DNA of 64,000 nt from Escherichia phage REP1: sequence record OQ174500.1; one strand, 5' to 3'. The notes under the pieces are model-generated. The model saw only the letters and a program-made list of their open reading frames with translations, was not told where the DNA came from and did no database searches. A program made the position numbers and the translations under genes. How positions within the stretch are numbered: the first letter of the stretch is position 1; every line of letters starts with the position of its first letter. Below are positions 1 to 11,094 of the stretch, one piece after another.

Positions 1-1794
1 CAAGGCTTTAGGTGAAACAACTAAGTTATTAGTGTTTTTATTATAAACATTCGTACCATTTAATTCACGGCTAGAAGCTGGAGTAGCACCTGCAGTAGAT
101 ACAAAAGTTACAATACCAGATAATGATTCAGAACCTTGACGAGCTTGAAGCTTTTTAGGAGTAATGATGGTTGTATCATCAGTACCTGCATTAGTTTCCT
201 GTTGCGTAGCAATTTCAGCAACACCTCTGCGAGTTTCTGTAGCAGTTCTTTCATTCAGCTTTTTAGGAGTGATGATAAGGTCATCTGCAAAAGAGAATGT
301 GGTGTTCTGATTCACTTGAGCAGTAGTTGCTATTCTTGCGATGCCTCTACGAGTTTCAGTAGCAGTACGGTTAGCTAATGTTTCTGGAGTAATTGCTAAT
401 TCTTTTTGTGGAGAATTTTCTAAATCGACGTTAGCTTGAGCTTGTGTAGCTAAAGCAATCACGCCTAATCTTGCTCTAGTAGAATCATTTAAAGAATCAA
501 CTCTTTCTACAGTTGGAACGTTTTGTTGTACAACCCAGTATTTTCCATCAGAATCTTCTATATAAGCAAGTTGTAAAACTGGAACATAATTAGTTTCACC
601 GTTAAAAACTAATTCTTGGACAGTCACCCATTCAGCTTCAGGTGGATACTCTGAACGTTTTGGGAATTGCAGCAATTGAACTGAAGAAGCAATTTTATCT
701 TCACCGGCAGCTTTGATTTTAACTGTTTGTCCTTTTCTCATGTAATTCATGGAAATTTTAACAGTATCACCAACAGAAATATTAGTTGGAAGCTGAAGCT
801 CAATTGTTTGGGTTGTTCCGTTATTCGCACCAAATACCATAACTTCTTCGTTTGGACGAATATTAGAATTAGTCGTTATAATGCGTAAACGCGCTTTACT
901 ATCCCCGTCAAACAATCTCCACAATTTCTCATTATCATCAAACATCAAGAAACCGTCAATCGATGTACGGCCTTCAATGGAATGAGTTCCAACTTCTTGT
1001 ACTGAAGTCGTTTCATCGTATGTAGTAACAATTGTATGATAAAGCGGATTTAGTTTATCTAAATCGACGAAATTAATAATATCGCCATGATTAGCAAATC
1101 TTGGAAGTTTAACATTAATTGGTGCAGCAGAAGTAAATCTACGTACGATAAAATCGTTTGATTGTGCTTGATAAGTATTCGCTGGTGTTACAACTACAGC
1201 TTCTCTACTATAATCAGCAACATACATTTGCCACAGACGATTACTAAAAATTAAAACTAGCTGTGACTTTGGATGAGTCATTAGTACTGAACGTACTTGT
1301 TGACCTCTGAAGTTTACAATACTTTGCACCGGAGCTACAATTAAAACTTGGTTAACTCCAGGTTTTCCTCCAATATCTTGGAGAACGATAGTATCACCAT
1401 CAATTGGGGTAGATGGTAAAGTAAATGTAATATCATTACCAGCTGCGGTGTTAACCGAAATAGCTTCACCAGATTTTAATTGATATGAACCAGATGAAAC
1501 CGTAATCCAGTTAGCATCGGTACGTAATGCTCTCCAGCGTCCGCTATTAAAAGCTCCTGCCGGTTTTGGAATATCATTTATAGCAGCCCAAAAGCGGTTA
1601 TCATAAATGATTACAAAATCTTTTAAATATCCACGAGTTGGATCGTATTGTTGAACTGTGTTTTCTTGAATTAAGTAATCAACGTTAACACCGTCAGTTC
1701 CTACGGCACGATCAGCTAAAGCTACGTTGATTATTTTATCACCACCTGCGTCCAGACCATCTTCTGCTCTGAACTTTCTTTTAATCTCGGCCAT
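1..1794 (-). CDS. 34: Long tail fiber proximal subunit gp34, N-terminal ~598 codons (3' end runs off window)
   Basis: Minus-strand ATG at 1792-1794; reverse-complement translation MAEIKRKFRAEDGLDAGGDKIINVALADRAVGTDGVNVDYLIQENTVQQYDP... matches remembered T4 gp34 N-terminus; internal repeat motifs; late promoter upstream. Confidence 0.9.
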   Translation of the reverse strand, partial: MAEIKRKFRAEDGLDAGGDKIINVALADRAVGTDGVNVDYLIQENTVQQYDPTRGYLKDFVIIYDNRFWAAINDIPKPAGAFNSGRWRALRTDANWITVSSGSYQLKSGEAISVNTAAGNDITFTLPSTPIDGDTIVLQDIGGKPGVNQVLIVAPVQSIVNFRGQQVRSVLMTHPKSQLVLIFSNRLWQMYVADYSREAVVVTPANTYQAQSNDFIVRRFTSAAPINVKLPRFANHGDIINFVDLDKLNPLYHTIVTTYDETTSVQEVGTHSIEGRTSIDGFLMFDDNEKLWRLFDGDSKARLRIITTNSNIRPNEEVMVFGANNGTTQTIELQLPTNISVGDTVKISMNYMRKGQTVKIKAAGEDKIASSVQLLQFPKRSEYPPEAEWVTVQELVFNGETNYVPVLQLAYIEDSDGKYWVVQQNVPTVERVDSLNDSTRARLGVIALATQAQANVDLENSPQKELAITPETLANRTATETRRGIARIATTAQVNQNTTFSFADDLIITPKKLNERTATETRRGVAEIATQQETNAGTDDTTIITPKKLQARQGSESLSGIVTFVSTAGATPASSRELNGTNVYNKNTNNLVVSPKAL

Positions 1795-1828
1795 TCTCCC
1801 GGGCTCCTATTGTGTTTTCAATAATAAG

Positions 1829-1836
1829 TATTTATA
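1829..1836 (-). promoter_or_regulatory. T4-type late promoter (TATAAATA) for gene 34
   Basis: tatttata on plus strand = TATAAATA on minus, 35-42 nt upstream of gp34 ATG. Confidence 0.6.
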
Positions 1837-1839
1837 CTT

Positions 1840-1869
1840 GTTTACTTTAAGATTTGGATGGTATATAAT
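1840..1869 (+). promoter_or_regulatory. Early sigma70-type promoter for rnh (-35 GTTTAC, -10 TATAAT)
   Basis: gtttac 1840-1845, 18-nt spacer, tataat 1864-1869; divergent from the gene 34 late promoter. Confidence 0.5.
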
Positions 1870-1898
1870 AGAAATCTCACTAATTGAACGAGGTTCAT

Positions 1899-2816
1899 AT
1901 GGATTTAGAAATGATGTTGGATGAAGATTACAAAGAAGGAATTTGCTTTATTGACTTTAGTCAAATTGCGCTTTCAACTGCTTTAGTAAACTTCCCAGAT
2001 AAAGAAAAAATTAATTTATCAATGGTTCGTCATTTGATATTGAACTCAATTAAGTTTAATGTCAAAAAAGCAAAAACGCTTGGATACACTAAAATTGTAC
2101 TGTGTATTGATAACGCGAAATCTGGATACTGGCGTCGTGATTTCGCGTATTATTATAAGAAAAACCGTGGAAAAGCACGAGAAGAATCGACTTGGGACTG
2201 GGAAGGTTATTTTGAATCCAGCCACAAAGTTATAGATGAATTGAAAGCTTATATGCCATACATTGTTATGGATATTGATAAGTATGAAGCAGATGACCAC
2301 ATTGCTGTTCTTGTTAAAAAGTTCTCTTTAGAAGGACACAAGATTTTAATCATTTCATCGGATGGTGACTTTACTCAACTTCACAAATACCCAAATGTTA
2401 AGCAATGGTCACCGATGCACAAGAAATGGGTTAAAATTAAAAGCGGTTCTGCTGAAATTGACTGTATGACTAAAATCCTTAAAGGCGACAAAAAGGATAA
2501 CGTTGCTTCAGTTAAAGTACGATCTGACTTTTGGTTTACCAAAGTTGAAGGTGAACGAACTCCTTCAATGAAAACTTCAATCGTTGAAGCTATTGCTAAT
2601 GACCGTGAGCAAGCTAAGGTGCTTCTCACAGAATCTGAATATAATCGTTATAAAGAAAATTTAGTTCTAATTGATTTTGATTATATTCCTGATAATATTG
2701 CTTCAAACATTGTGAATTACTATAATTCATATAAATTACCACCGCGTGGCAAAATTTATTCATATTTTGTAAAAGCGGGTCTTTCTAAATTAACTAATAG
2801 CATTAATGAATTTTGA
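1899..2816 (+). CDS. rnh: RNase H (5'-3' exonuclease / flap endonuclease)
   Basis: Translation MDLEMMLDEDYKEGICFIDFSQ... 305 aa from ATG 1899 matches T4 RNase H; GAGG SD 5 nt upstream; track ORF begins at an upstream TTG. Confidence 0.93.
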   Translation: MDLEMMLDEDYKEGICFIDFSQIALSTALVNFPDKEKINLSMVRHLILNSIKFNVKKAKTLGYTKIVLCIDNAKSGYWRRDFAYYYKKNRGKAREESTWDWEGYFESSHKVIDELKAYMPYIVMDIDKYEADDHIAVLVKKFSLEGHKILIISSDGDFTQLHKYPNVKQWSPMHKKWVKIKSGSAEIDCMTKILKGDKKDNVASVKVRSDFWFTKVEGERTPSMKTSIVEAIANDREQAKVLLTESEYNRYKENLVLIDFDYIPDNIASNIVNYYNSYKLPPRGKIYSYFVKAGLSKLTNSINEF

Positions 2817-2824
2817 GGTGAATA

Positions 2825-3094
2825 ATGGCTAAAAAAGAAATGGTTGAATTTGATGAAGCTATCCATGGCGAAGACTTAGCTAAATTTATTAAAGAAGCAT
2901 CTGATCATAAACTGAAAATTTCCGGTTATAATGAACTGATTAAAGATATTCGAATTCGTGCTAAAGATGAACTTGGCGTTGATGGTAAGATGTTTAATCG
3001 TCTATTAGCTTTATATCATAAAGATAACCGTGATGTGTTTGAAGCTGAAACTGAAGAGGTAGTTGAACTTTATGACACAGTTTTCTCTAAATGA
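2825..3094 (+). CDS. dsbA: Double-stranded DNA binding protein DsbA (late transcription enhancer)
   Basis: 89-aa ORF MAKKEMVEFDEAIHG...; size and position after rnh as in T4. Confidence 0.85.
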   Translation: MAKKEMVEFDEAIHGEDLAKFIKEASDHKLKISGYNELIKDIRIRAKDELGVDGKMFNRLLALYHKDNRDVFEAETEEVVELYDTVFSK

Positions 3095-3410
3095 TATTCG
3101 TCCGGTCGATGAGACCGGTCTTTCAGAAAAAGAACTTTCAATTAAGAAAGAAAAGGATGAAATAGCAAAGCTTCTTGATCGTCAAGAAAATGGATTTATT
3201 ATTGAAAAAATGGTAGAAGAGTTTGGAATGAGTTATCTTGAAGCTACAACAGCATTCTTGGAAGAAAATTCTATTCCTGAAACTCAATTTGCTAAATTTA
3301 TTCCTTCGGGTATAATTGAAAAAATTCAGTCAGAAGCTATTGACGAAAATCTTTTACGTCCTTCTGTTGTTCGTTGTGAAAAAACTAATACATTAGATTT
3401 TCTGCTATGA
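3072..3410 (+). CDS. 33: Late transcription co-activator gp33
   Basis: MTQFSLNDIRPVDETGLSEKELS... ~112 aa matches T4 gp33; overlaps dsbA end. Confidence 0.88.
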   Translation: MTQFSLNDIRPVDETGLSEKELSIKKEKDEIAKLLDRQENGFIIEKMVEEFGMSYLEATTAFLEENSIPETQFAKFIPSGIIEKIQSEAIDENLLRPSVVRCEKTNTLDFLL

Positions 3411-4060
3411 TTAAACTCCGCATGCCTGCTGGTGGTGAAAGATATATTGATGGTAAATCAGTTTATAAATTATACTTAATGATAAAACAACATATGAATG
3501 GAAAATATGATGTTATTAAGTATAATTGGTGCATGCGGGTGTCTGATGCCGCTTATCAAAAACGAAGAGATAAGTATTTTTTCCAAAAGCTATCAGAAAA
3601 GTATAAATTAAAAGAATTGACTTTAATTTTTATAAGTAATTTGGTTGCTAACCAAGATGCTTGGATTGGCGACATCTCTGATGCTGATGCACTTGTGTTT
3701 TATCGTGAATATATCGGACGCTTAAAGCAAATTAAATTTAAGTTTGAAGAAGATATTCGCAACATTTATTATTTTAGTAAAAAAGTTGAAGTTTCTGCTT
3801 TTAAAGAAATTTTTGAGTATAATCCAAAAGTTCAATCAAGTTATATTTTTAAACTACTTCAATCGAATATAATTTCGTTTGAGACGTTTATCTTGCTTGA
3901 TTCGTTTTTAAATATAATTGATAAACATGATGAACAGACTGATAATTTAGTCTGGAATAATTATTCTATAAAGTTAAAAGCTTATAGAAAAATTTTAAAT
4001 ATCGATTCGCAGGAAGCTAAAAAAGTTTTTATTGAAACTGTGAAATCTTGTAAGTATTAA
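3407..4060 (+). CDS. 59: Helicase loader gp59
   Basis: 217 aa MIKLRMPAGGERYIDGKSVYKLYLM... matches T4 gp59; ATGA start/stop overlap with gene 33. Confidence 0.93.
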   Translation: MIKLRMPAGGERYIDGKSVYKLYLMIKQHMNGKYDVIKYNWCMRVSDAAYQKRRDKYFFQKLSEKYKLKELTLIFISNLVANQDAWIGDISDADALVFYREYIGRLKQIKFKFEEDIRNIYYFSKKVEVSAFKEIFEYNPKVQSSYIFKLLQSNIISFETFILLDSFLNIIDKHDEQTDNLVWNNYSIKLKAYRKILNIDSQEAKKVFIETVKSCKY

Positions 4061-4068
4061 TTGCTTAT

Positions 4069-4076
4069 TATAAATA
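4069..4076 (+). promoter_or_regulatory. Late promoter TATAAATA upstream of gene 32
   Basis: Exact TATAAATA 84 nt upstream of gene 32 ATG. Confidence 0.5.
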
Positions 4077-4093
4077 GATTATAATTATCTCAC

Positions 4094-4159
4094 TGACCAG
4101 CTATGAGGTCATACATCGTCATAGCACCAACTGTTAATTAAATTAAAAAGGAAATAAAA
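4094..4159 (+). promoter_or_regulatory. Gene 32 mRNA leader: pseudoknot plus AU-rich translational operator (gp32 autoregulation)
   Basis: tgaccagctatgaggtcatacatcgtcatagcac (pseudoknot-forming) followed by ttaattaaattaaaaaggaaataaaa immediately 5' of the gene 32 ATG, as in the T4 autoregulatory leader. Confidence 0.8.
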
Positions 4160-5068
4160 ATGTTTAAACGTAAATCTACTGCTGAACTCGCTGCACAAAT
4201 GGCTAAACTGGCTGGAAATAAAGGTGGTTTTTCTTCTGAAGATAAAGGCGAGTGGAAACTGAAACTCGATAATGCGGGTAACGGTCAAGCAGTAATTCGT
4301 TTTCTTCCGTCTAAAAATGATGAACAAGCACCATTCGCAATTCTTGTAAATCACGGTTTCAAGAAAAATGGTAAATGGTATATTGAAAACTGTTCATCTA
4401 CCCACGGTGATTACGATTCTTGCCCAGTATGTCAGTACATCAGTAAAAATGATTTGTACAACACTGACAATAAAGAGTACAGTCTTGTTAAACGTAAAAC
4501 TTCTTACTGGGCTAACATTCTTGTTGTAAAAGACCCAGCTGCTCCAGAAAATGAAGGTAAAGTATTTAAATACCGTTTCGGTAAGAAAATCTGGGATAAA
4601 ATCAATGCAATGATTGCAGTTGATGTTGAAATGGGTGAAACTCCGGTTGATGTAACTTGTCCGTGGGAAGGTGCTAACTTTGTACTGAAAGTTAAACAGG
4701 TTTCTGGATTTAGTAACTACGACGAATCTAAATTCCTGAATCAATCTGCGATTCCAAACATTGACGATGAATCTTTCCAGAAAGAACTGTTCGAACAAAT
4801 GGTTGACCTTTCTGAAATGACTTCTAAAGATAAATTCAAATCGTTTGAAGAACTGAGCACTAAATTCGGTCAAGTCATGGGAACTGCTGTGATGGGCGGT
4901 GCCGCTGCAACTGCTGCTAAGAAAGCTGATAAAGTTGCTGATGATTTGGATGCATTCAATGTTGATGACTTCAATACAAAAACTGAAGATGATTTTATGA
5001 GCTCAAGCTCTGGCAGTTCATCTAGTGCTGATGACACGGACCTAGATGACCTTTTGAATGACCTTTAA
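4160..5068 (+). CDS. 32: Single-stranded DNA binding protein gp32
   Basis: 302 aa [50 protein letters not shown]... matches T4 gp32 including Zn site C-x3-H...C-x2-C and acidic C-terminus. Confidence 0.97.
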   Translation: MFKRKSTAELAAQMAKLAGNKGGFSSEDKGEWKLKLDNAGNGQAVIRFLPSKNDEQAPFAILVNHGFKKNGKWYIENCSSTHGDYDSCPVCQYISKNDLYNTDNKEYSLVKRKTSYWANILVVKDPAAPENEGKVFKYRFGKKIWDKINAMIAVDVEMGETPVDVTCPWEGANFVLKVKQVSGFSNYDESKFLNQSAIPNIDDESFQKELFEQMVDLSEMTSKDKFKSFEELSTKFGQVMGTAVMGGAAATAAKKADKVADDLDAFNVDDFNTKTEDDFMSSSSGSSSSADDTDLDDLLNDL

Positions 5069-5090
5069 TAGATTATATTACTAATTAATT

Positions 5091-5118
5091 GGGGACCCTA
5101 GAGGTCCCCTTTTTTATT
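5091..5118 (+). terminator. Rho-independent terminator after gene 32
   Basis: ggggaccctagaggtcccc hairpin followed by T-run. Confidence 0.8.
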
Positions 5119-5141
5119 TCAAAAATTTTTTCACAAAACAG

Positions 5142-5171
5142 TTTACATCCTTGTCCTTCCATGGTACTATA
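5142..5171 (+). promoter_or_regulatory. Early promoter (-35 GTTTACA, -10 TACTAT)
   Basis: gtttaca 5142-5148, 17-nt spacer, tactat 5166-5171, upstream of ORF 5214. Confidence 0.5.
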
Positions 5172-5213
5172 CAACTATCGGCAATACTGCTGATGATTAA
5201 AGAGGAAAATAAT

Positions 5214-5444
5214 ATGGCTAAAGTTGATATTGACATCGTTGATTTTGAATATATTGAAGAGATTATTCGTAATCGTTATCCTGAACTTAGTATCACAAGT
5301 ATTCACGATGATCCCAATTATTGCAATTTTTCTATTGTCATTGAAGGTCCTCTTGAAGACCTCACCCGCTTTATGGCTAATGAATATTGCGATGGCATGG
5401 ATTCTGAAGACGCAGAATTTTACATGGGACTGATTGAACAATAA
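5214..5444 (+). CDS. Hypothetical small early protein (frd.x-like position)
   Basis: ATG at 5214 with AAGAGGA SD; 76 aa [22 protein letters not shown]...; followed by hairpin ggggctattatagcccc. Confidence 0.6.
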   Translation: MAKVDIDIVDFEYIEEIIRNRYPELSITSIHDDPNYCNFSIVIEGPLEDLTRFMANEYCDGMDSEDAEFYMGLIEQ

Positions 5445-5488
5445 TTATCAAGGGGCTATTATAGCCCCGTTAAAATGAGGAAATCAAA

Positions 5489-5875
5489 ATGGAAGTTGGA
5501 AAAACTTATATCATTAACCCTTTATTTAAAAATGACTTTGCTAACGAGTGTCGTTGCAATGTAATGATGCTAAATTTAATAGAGAAGCACGGACCTAGTT
5601 TTGTTGTAGATGAAATGGAAAGTGATGATTGTGCTGGTGAATGTGTGGTACGTGTAACTATGGAAGATGGCACTGAATACATGGCGGGTGGCCCACTTGA
5701 GACGTATTTTGAGATTTACTCTGAAGAATTCAAATATTTTACTGAGGTAACTTTAGAAAAGCCTCAATCCGCTAATGAAGGTATAGTTTCTGGCGTAACA
5801 AAAATTCACTGCATTGTAGATGAAAACAATGTAGATGAAATCATTGAACTTTTGCGAAAAACTTTCAAAAAGTAG
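5489..5875 (+). CDS. Hypothetical early protein, 128 aa (frd.x-like position)
   Basis: ORF with SD (tgaggaaatcaaaATG); no recognisable motif. Confidence 0.6.
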   Translation: MEVGKTYIINPLFKNDFANECRCNVMMLNLIEKHGPSFVVDEMESDDCAGECVVRVTMEDGTEYMAGGPLETYFEIYSEEFKYFTEVTLEKPQSANEGIVSGVTKIHCIVDENNVDEIIELLRKTFKK

Positions 5876-5932
5876 TTTACAACGGGCTATGGTAATGATA
5901 CTATAGCCTTATCAACTACTGAGGAGAATAAA

Positions 5933-6175
5933 ATGAGATTACAACGCCAAAGCATCAAAGATTCAGAAGTTAGAGGTAAATGGTATTTTAATATCATCGG
6001 TAAAGATTCTGAGCTTGTTGAAAAAGCTGAACACCTTTTACGTGAAATGGGTTGGAATGAAGAATGTGATGGATGTCCACTCTACGAAGACGGTGAAAGC
6101 GCAGGATTCTGGATTCACCACTCTGATGTTGAATCGTTTAAAGCTGATTGGAAAATTGTGAAAAAGTCTGTTTGA
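5933..6175 (+). CDS. Hypothetical early protein, 80 aa
   Basis: ORF preceded by early promoter gtttaca...tactat (5884-5913) and SD ctgaggag. Confidence 0.6.
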   Translation: MRLQRQSIKDSEVRGKWYFNIIGKDSELVEKAEHLLREMGWNEECDGCPLYEDGESAGFWIHHSDVESFKADWKIVKKSV

Positions 6176-6184
6176 GGAAATATA

Positions 6185-7005
<821 letters not shown>

Positions 7006-7024
7006 AATAACGCGTGGCGGAAAT

Positions 7025-7372
7025 ATGAATTTTAATTATTACCCTATTCTATTAGAAAAAGACGCGAAACAGCCAAAATGGCAAGGTCCTCAGTTTATTA
7101 AAGGTGTCTATCAATTAGTAGTTCCTAAAGACAAGATTTATAGCAGTTGTTTCACTGAATCCGCTTGCAGTATTTTCGGTAATAGTTCTCCGTATTGGAA
7201 TTTTGACATAAAGCTGGATAGAAATATCGATATTTGGTTGAAAGCTATGGATATTGGTAATATCACGTTTGATGAGAATAATTATCATATTATTGGTCGC
7301 TTTTCCAAACGCGGTAAAGAATTATATTTCACACCTGAAATTGAGAGAAAATTTGATGCTAAACCGTATTGA
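7025..7372 (+). CDS. Hypothetical protein, 115 aa, inserted between frd and td
   Basis: ORF MNFNYYPILLEKDAKQPKWQGPQFIKGVYQLVVPKDKIYSS... sits where T4 frd and td overlap; flanked by repeated aaATGAAA; weak GVY-x9-IYS resemblance to a GIY-YIG motif. Confidence 0.55.
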   Translation: MNFNYYPILLEKDAKQPKWQGPQFIKGVYQLVVPKDKIYSSCFTESACSIFGNSSPYWNFDIKLDRNIDIWLKAMDIGNITFDENNYHIIGRFSKRGKELYFTPEIERKFDAKPY

Positions 7373-7387
7373 TTATATAGGTGTTAA

Positions 7388-8248
7388 ATGAAACAATACC
7401 AAGATTTAATTAAAGACATTTTTGAAAATGGTTATGAAACCGATGATCGTACAGGCACAGGAACAATCGCTTTGTTCGGTACTAAATTGCGTTGGGATTT
7501 AACTAAAGGCTTTCCTGCAGTAACAACTAAAAAGCTCGCCTGGAACGCATGTATTGCTGAGCTTCTATGGTTTATTTCCGGTTCTACCAATGTTAATGAT
7601 TTGCGTCTTCGTACTCATGGTAGTCTTATTCAAGGTAAAACTATCTGGGATGACAATTATGAAAACCAAGCTAAAGACCTAGGATATCATAGTGGTGAAC
7701 TTGGTCCAATTTATGGAAAACAGTGGCGTGATTTCGGTGGTGTGGATCAATTAGTTGAAACTATTGATCGTATTAAAAAATTACCAACTGATCGACGTCA
7801 AATCGTTTCAGCATGGAATCCAGCTGAAATCAATCAAATGGCATTACCGCCCTGTCATATGTTCTATCAGTTTAATGTGCGTAATGGTTATCTTGATTTA
7901 CAATGGTACCAAAGAAGTGTAGATGTTTTCTTGGGATTGCCGTTCAACATTGCCTCGTACGCTGCCTTGACGCATATTGTGGCTAAGATGTGTAATCTTA
8001 TCCCAGGAGATTTGATATTTTCTGGTGGTAATACTCACATCTATATGAATCATACTGAGCAATGTAAAGAAATTTTACGTCGTGAGCCTAAAGAACTATG
8101 TGAACTTAAAATTGATTGGCCTATAGAGTTTGGAAATTGTGACACCGAAACACAGCTTTACTGGTTAACTGAATACATGAAACCGAAAGATTTTATCCTT
8201 GAAAATTATGAATCGCATCCAGCAATTAAAGGGAAAATGGCAATATGA
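7388..8248 (+). CDS. td: Thymidylate synthase, uninterrupted (no group I intron)
   Basis: 286 aa continuous [34 protein letters not shown]... matches T4 TS across the T4 intron insertion point. Confidence 0.95.
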
Positions 8249-8508
8249 TTTTACGATTTAAAGATACTTCTGGCGTTGTTCTTTTTACACTTCCTAACCC
8301 AAGCGAGTTAGAAGTTCCAGGACCAGAACAGCCTATTACCATTTATGGTAAAAAATACTATACTCATAAAATGACTCGTGAGTATTTTGATAATAAAATT
8401 TCCACAGTTAAAACTTCTTCCGATTGTTACTATGATATTACTGTATTAACGGAAAAACAATATGACGAATTATTCCAGCGTGGGCCGTCTATGCCGGGTA
8501 GTGAATAA
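8245..8508 (+). CDS. nrdA.2: Hypothetical protein, 87 aa (nrdA.2 position)
   Basis: ATGA overlap with td stop; position as T4 nrdA.2. Confidence 0.55.
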
Positions 8509-8788
8509 ATATAAATCCGACTTTGATGTTAATATTCACCGTGGTACATTTTGGGGAAATTACGTCGGTAAAGATGCTGGCAGCCGGGAGGCTGCCATTG
8601 AATTATTCAAAAAAGATTTTATACGTCGAATTAAATCCGGAGAAATAACTAAAGCACATTTAGAGCCTTTACGTGGAATGAGGCTAGGATGCACATGTAA
8701 ACCAAAGCCGTGTCATGGTGATATAATAGCTCATATAGTTAACCGATTGTTTAAAGACGATTTTCAAGTTGAGGACTTATGCAATTAA
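8462..8788 (+). CDS. nrdA.1: Hypothetical protein, ~108 aa, Cys/His-containing C-terminus (nrdA.1 position)
   Basis: ORF with C-terminal [12 protein letters not shown] motif; start uncertain (overlaps preceding ORF by 47 nt). Confidence 0.5.
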
Positions 8789-11043
8789 TTAATGTTATCA
8801 AAAGTAGTGGTGTTTCTCAGAGCTTTGACCCACAAAAAATTATTAAAGTTTTATCTTGGGCAGCTGAAGGAACATCAGTAGATCCTTATGAATTATATGA
8901 AAATATTAAATCTTATCTCCGTGATGGAATGACAACTGATGATATTCAGACTATTGTCATTAAGGCTGCTGCGAATTCTATTTCAGTTGAAGAGCCTGAT
9001 TACCAATACGTAGCTGCGCGCTGTTTAATGTTTGCTCTTCGTAAGCATGTTTACGGACAATATGAACCACGTTCATTTATTGACCATATTTCTTATTGCG
9101 TAAATGAAGGGAAATATGACCCTGAATTATTGTCAAAATATTCAGCAGAAGAAATTACATTTTTAGAATCAAAAATTAAGCACGAACGGGATATGGAATT
9201 TACTTATTCCGGGGCGATGCAATTAAAAGAAAAATATCTAGTTAAAGATAAAACCACTGGTCAAATTTATGAAACTCCACAGTTTGCATTTATGACTATT
9301 GGAATGGCATTGCATCAAGATGAACCTGTTGACAGATTAAAACATGTTATTCGTTTTTATGAAGCAGTATCTACTCGACAGATTTCACTGCCAACTCCTA
9401 TTATGGCTGGATGTCGTACTCCGACTCGACAGTTTAGTTCATGTGTTGTTATTGAGGCAGGAGATTCATTAAAGTCTATCAATAAGGCTTCCGCTTCAAT
9501 TGTTGAATATATCTCTAAACGCGCTGGAATTGGTATTAATGTTGGTATGATTCGTGCCGAAGGTTCTAAGATTGGCATGGGTGAAGTACGCCATACTGGT
9601 GTTATTCCTTTTTGGAAACATTTTCAGACTGCAGTTAAATCATGCTCACAGGGTGGAATTCGTGGCGGCGCTGCTACTGCTTATTATCCTATTTGGCATT
9701 TGGAAGTTGAAAATCTTCTCGTTTTGAAAAATAACAAAGGCGTAGAAGAAAACCGCATTCGTCACATGGATTATGGTGTTCAACTGAATGATTTGATGAT
9801 GGAACGATTCGGAAAGAACGATTACATTACTTTGTTCAGTCCCCATGAAATGGGTGGCGAGCTTTATTATTCTTATTTTAAAGACCAAGACCGTTTCCGT
9901 GAATTATACGAAGCAGCAGAAAAAGACCCTAATATTCGTAAAAAGCGTATTAAAGCCCGTGAACTATTTGAATTGCTCATGACTGAACGTTCAGGAACAG
10001 CAAGGATTTATGTGCAGTTCATTGATAATACGAATAACTACACTCCGTTTATTCGTGAAAAGGCACCTATTCGTCAGAGTAACTTGTGCTGTGAAATTGC
10101 TATTCCAACAAATGATGTGAATAGTCCTGATGCTGAAATTGGATTGTGCACGTTATCTGCATTTGTGCTGGATAACTTCGATTGGCAAGACCAAGATAAA
10201 ATTAATGAATTAGCAGAAGTTCAAGTTCGTGCTCTTGATAATCTTTTGGATTACCAAGGATATCCAGTTCCTGAAGCAGAAAAAGCTAAAAAGCGTCGAA
10301 ACCTTGGTGTAGGTGTTACTAACTATGCAGCTTGGCTGGCAAGTAACTTTGCTTCTTATGAAGATGCTAACGATTTAACACATGAACTATTTGAGAGATT
10401 ACAGTATGGACTCATCAAAGCATCCATTAAGCTCGCCAAAGAAAAAGGACCTTGCGAATATTATTCAGACACTCGTTGGTCTCGAGGCGAATTACCTATC
10501 GACTGGTACAATAAAAAGATTGACCAAATCGCAGCTCCAAAATACGTTTGTGACTGGTCGTCGCTGCGGGAAGACCTTAAGCTCTTTGGCATCCGTAATA
10601 GCACATTATCAGCACTTATGCCATGTGAGTCATCTTCCCAAGTTTCTAACAGTACAAACGGTATCGAGCCTCCACGTGGACCAGTCTCTGTTAAAGAATC
10701 AAAAGAGGGCTCCTTTAATCAAGTCGTGCCCAATATTGAGCATAACATAGACCTTTACGACTATACATGGAAATTAGCTAAGAAAGGTAATAAACCTTAT
10801 CTTACGCAGGTAGCTATTATGCTGAAATGGGTATGTCAATCAGCTTCAGCGAATACATATTATGACCCGCAGATTTTTCCAAAAGGAAAGGTTCCAATGT
10901 CAATAATGATTGATGACCTTTTGTATTTTTGGTATTTTGGCGGAAAAAATTTCTATTATCATAATACCCGTGACGGTTCTGGTACTGATGATTATGAAAT
11001 AGAAACTCCAAAAGCTGAAGATTGTTCATCCTGTAAATTATGA
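8779..11043 (+). CDS. nrdA: Aerobic ribonucleotide reductase large subunit
   Basis: 754 aa; N-terminal ATP-cone, catalytic Cys motifs (NLCCEI), C-terminal CSSCKL; length equals T4 NrdA. Confidence 0.95.
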   Translation: MQLINVIKSSGVSQSFDPQKIIKVLSWAAEGTSVDPYELYENIKSYLRDGMTTDDIQTIVIKAAANSISVEEPDYQYVAARCLMFALRKHVYGQYEPRSFIDHISYCVNEGKYDPELLSKYSAEEITFLESKIKHERDMEFTYSGAMQLKEKYLVKDKTTGQIYETPQFAFMTIGMALHQDEPVDRLKHVIRFYEAVSTRQISLPTPIMAGCRTPTRQFSSCVVIEAGDSLKSINKASASIVEYISKRAGIGINVGMIRAEGSKIGMGEVRHTGVIPFWKHFQTAVKSCSQGGIRGGAATAYYPIWHLEVENLLVLKNNKGVEENRIRHMDYGVQLNDLMMERFGKNDYITLFSPHEMGGELYYSYFKDQDRFRELYEAAEKDPNIRKKRIKARELFELLMTERSGTARIYVQFIDNTNNYTPFIREKAPIRQSNLCCEIAIPTNDVNSPDAEIGLCTLSAFVLDNFDWQDQDKINELAEVQVRALDNLLDYQGYPVPEAEKAKKRRNLGVGVTNYAAWLASNFASYEDANDLTHELFERLQYGLIKASIKLAKEKGPCEYYSDTRWSRGELPIDWYNKKIDQIAAPKYVCDWSSLREDLKLFGIRNSTLSALMPCESSSQVSNSTNGIEPPRGPVSVKESKEGSFNQVVPNIEHNIDLYDYTWKLAKKGNKPYLTQVAIMLKWVCQSASANTYYDPQIFPKGKVPMSIMIDDLLYFWYFGGKNFYYHNTRDGSGTDDYEIETPKAEDCSSCKL

Positions 11044-11094
11044 TATAATTTGACTCACGGACGAGTCACTAACTATTAACTAAGCGGAAAATTT

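Noticed and set aside
4394-4873. 159-aa minus-strand ORF inside gene 32
   Set aside because: Antisense to a highly conserved, confidently identified gene; no SD or promoter; typical spurious ORF in AT-rich DNA.
7388-8248. Group I intron in td (and likewise nrdB)
   Set aside because: Both ORFs are continuous and full length; there is no interruption or internal endonuclease ORF.
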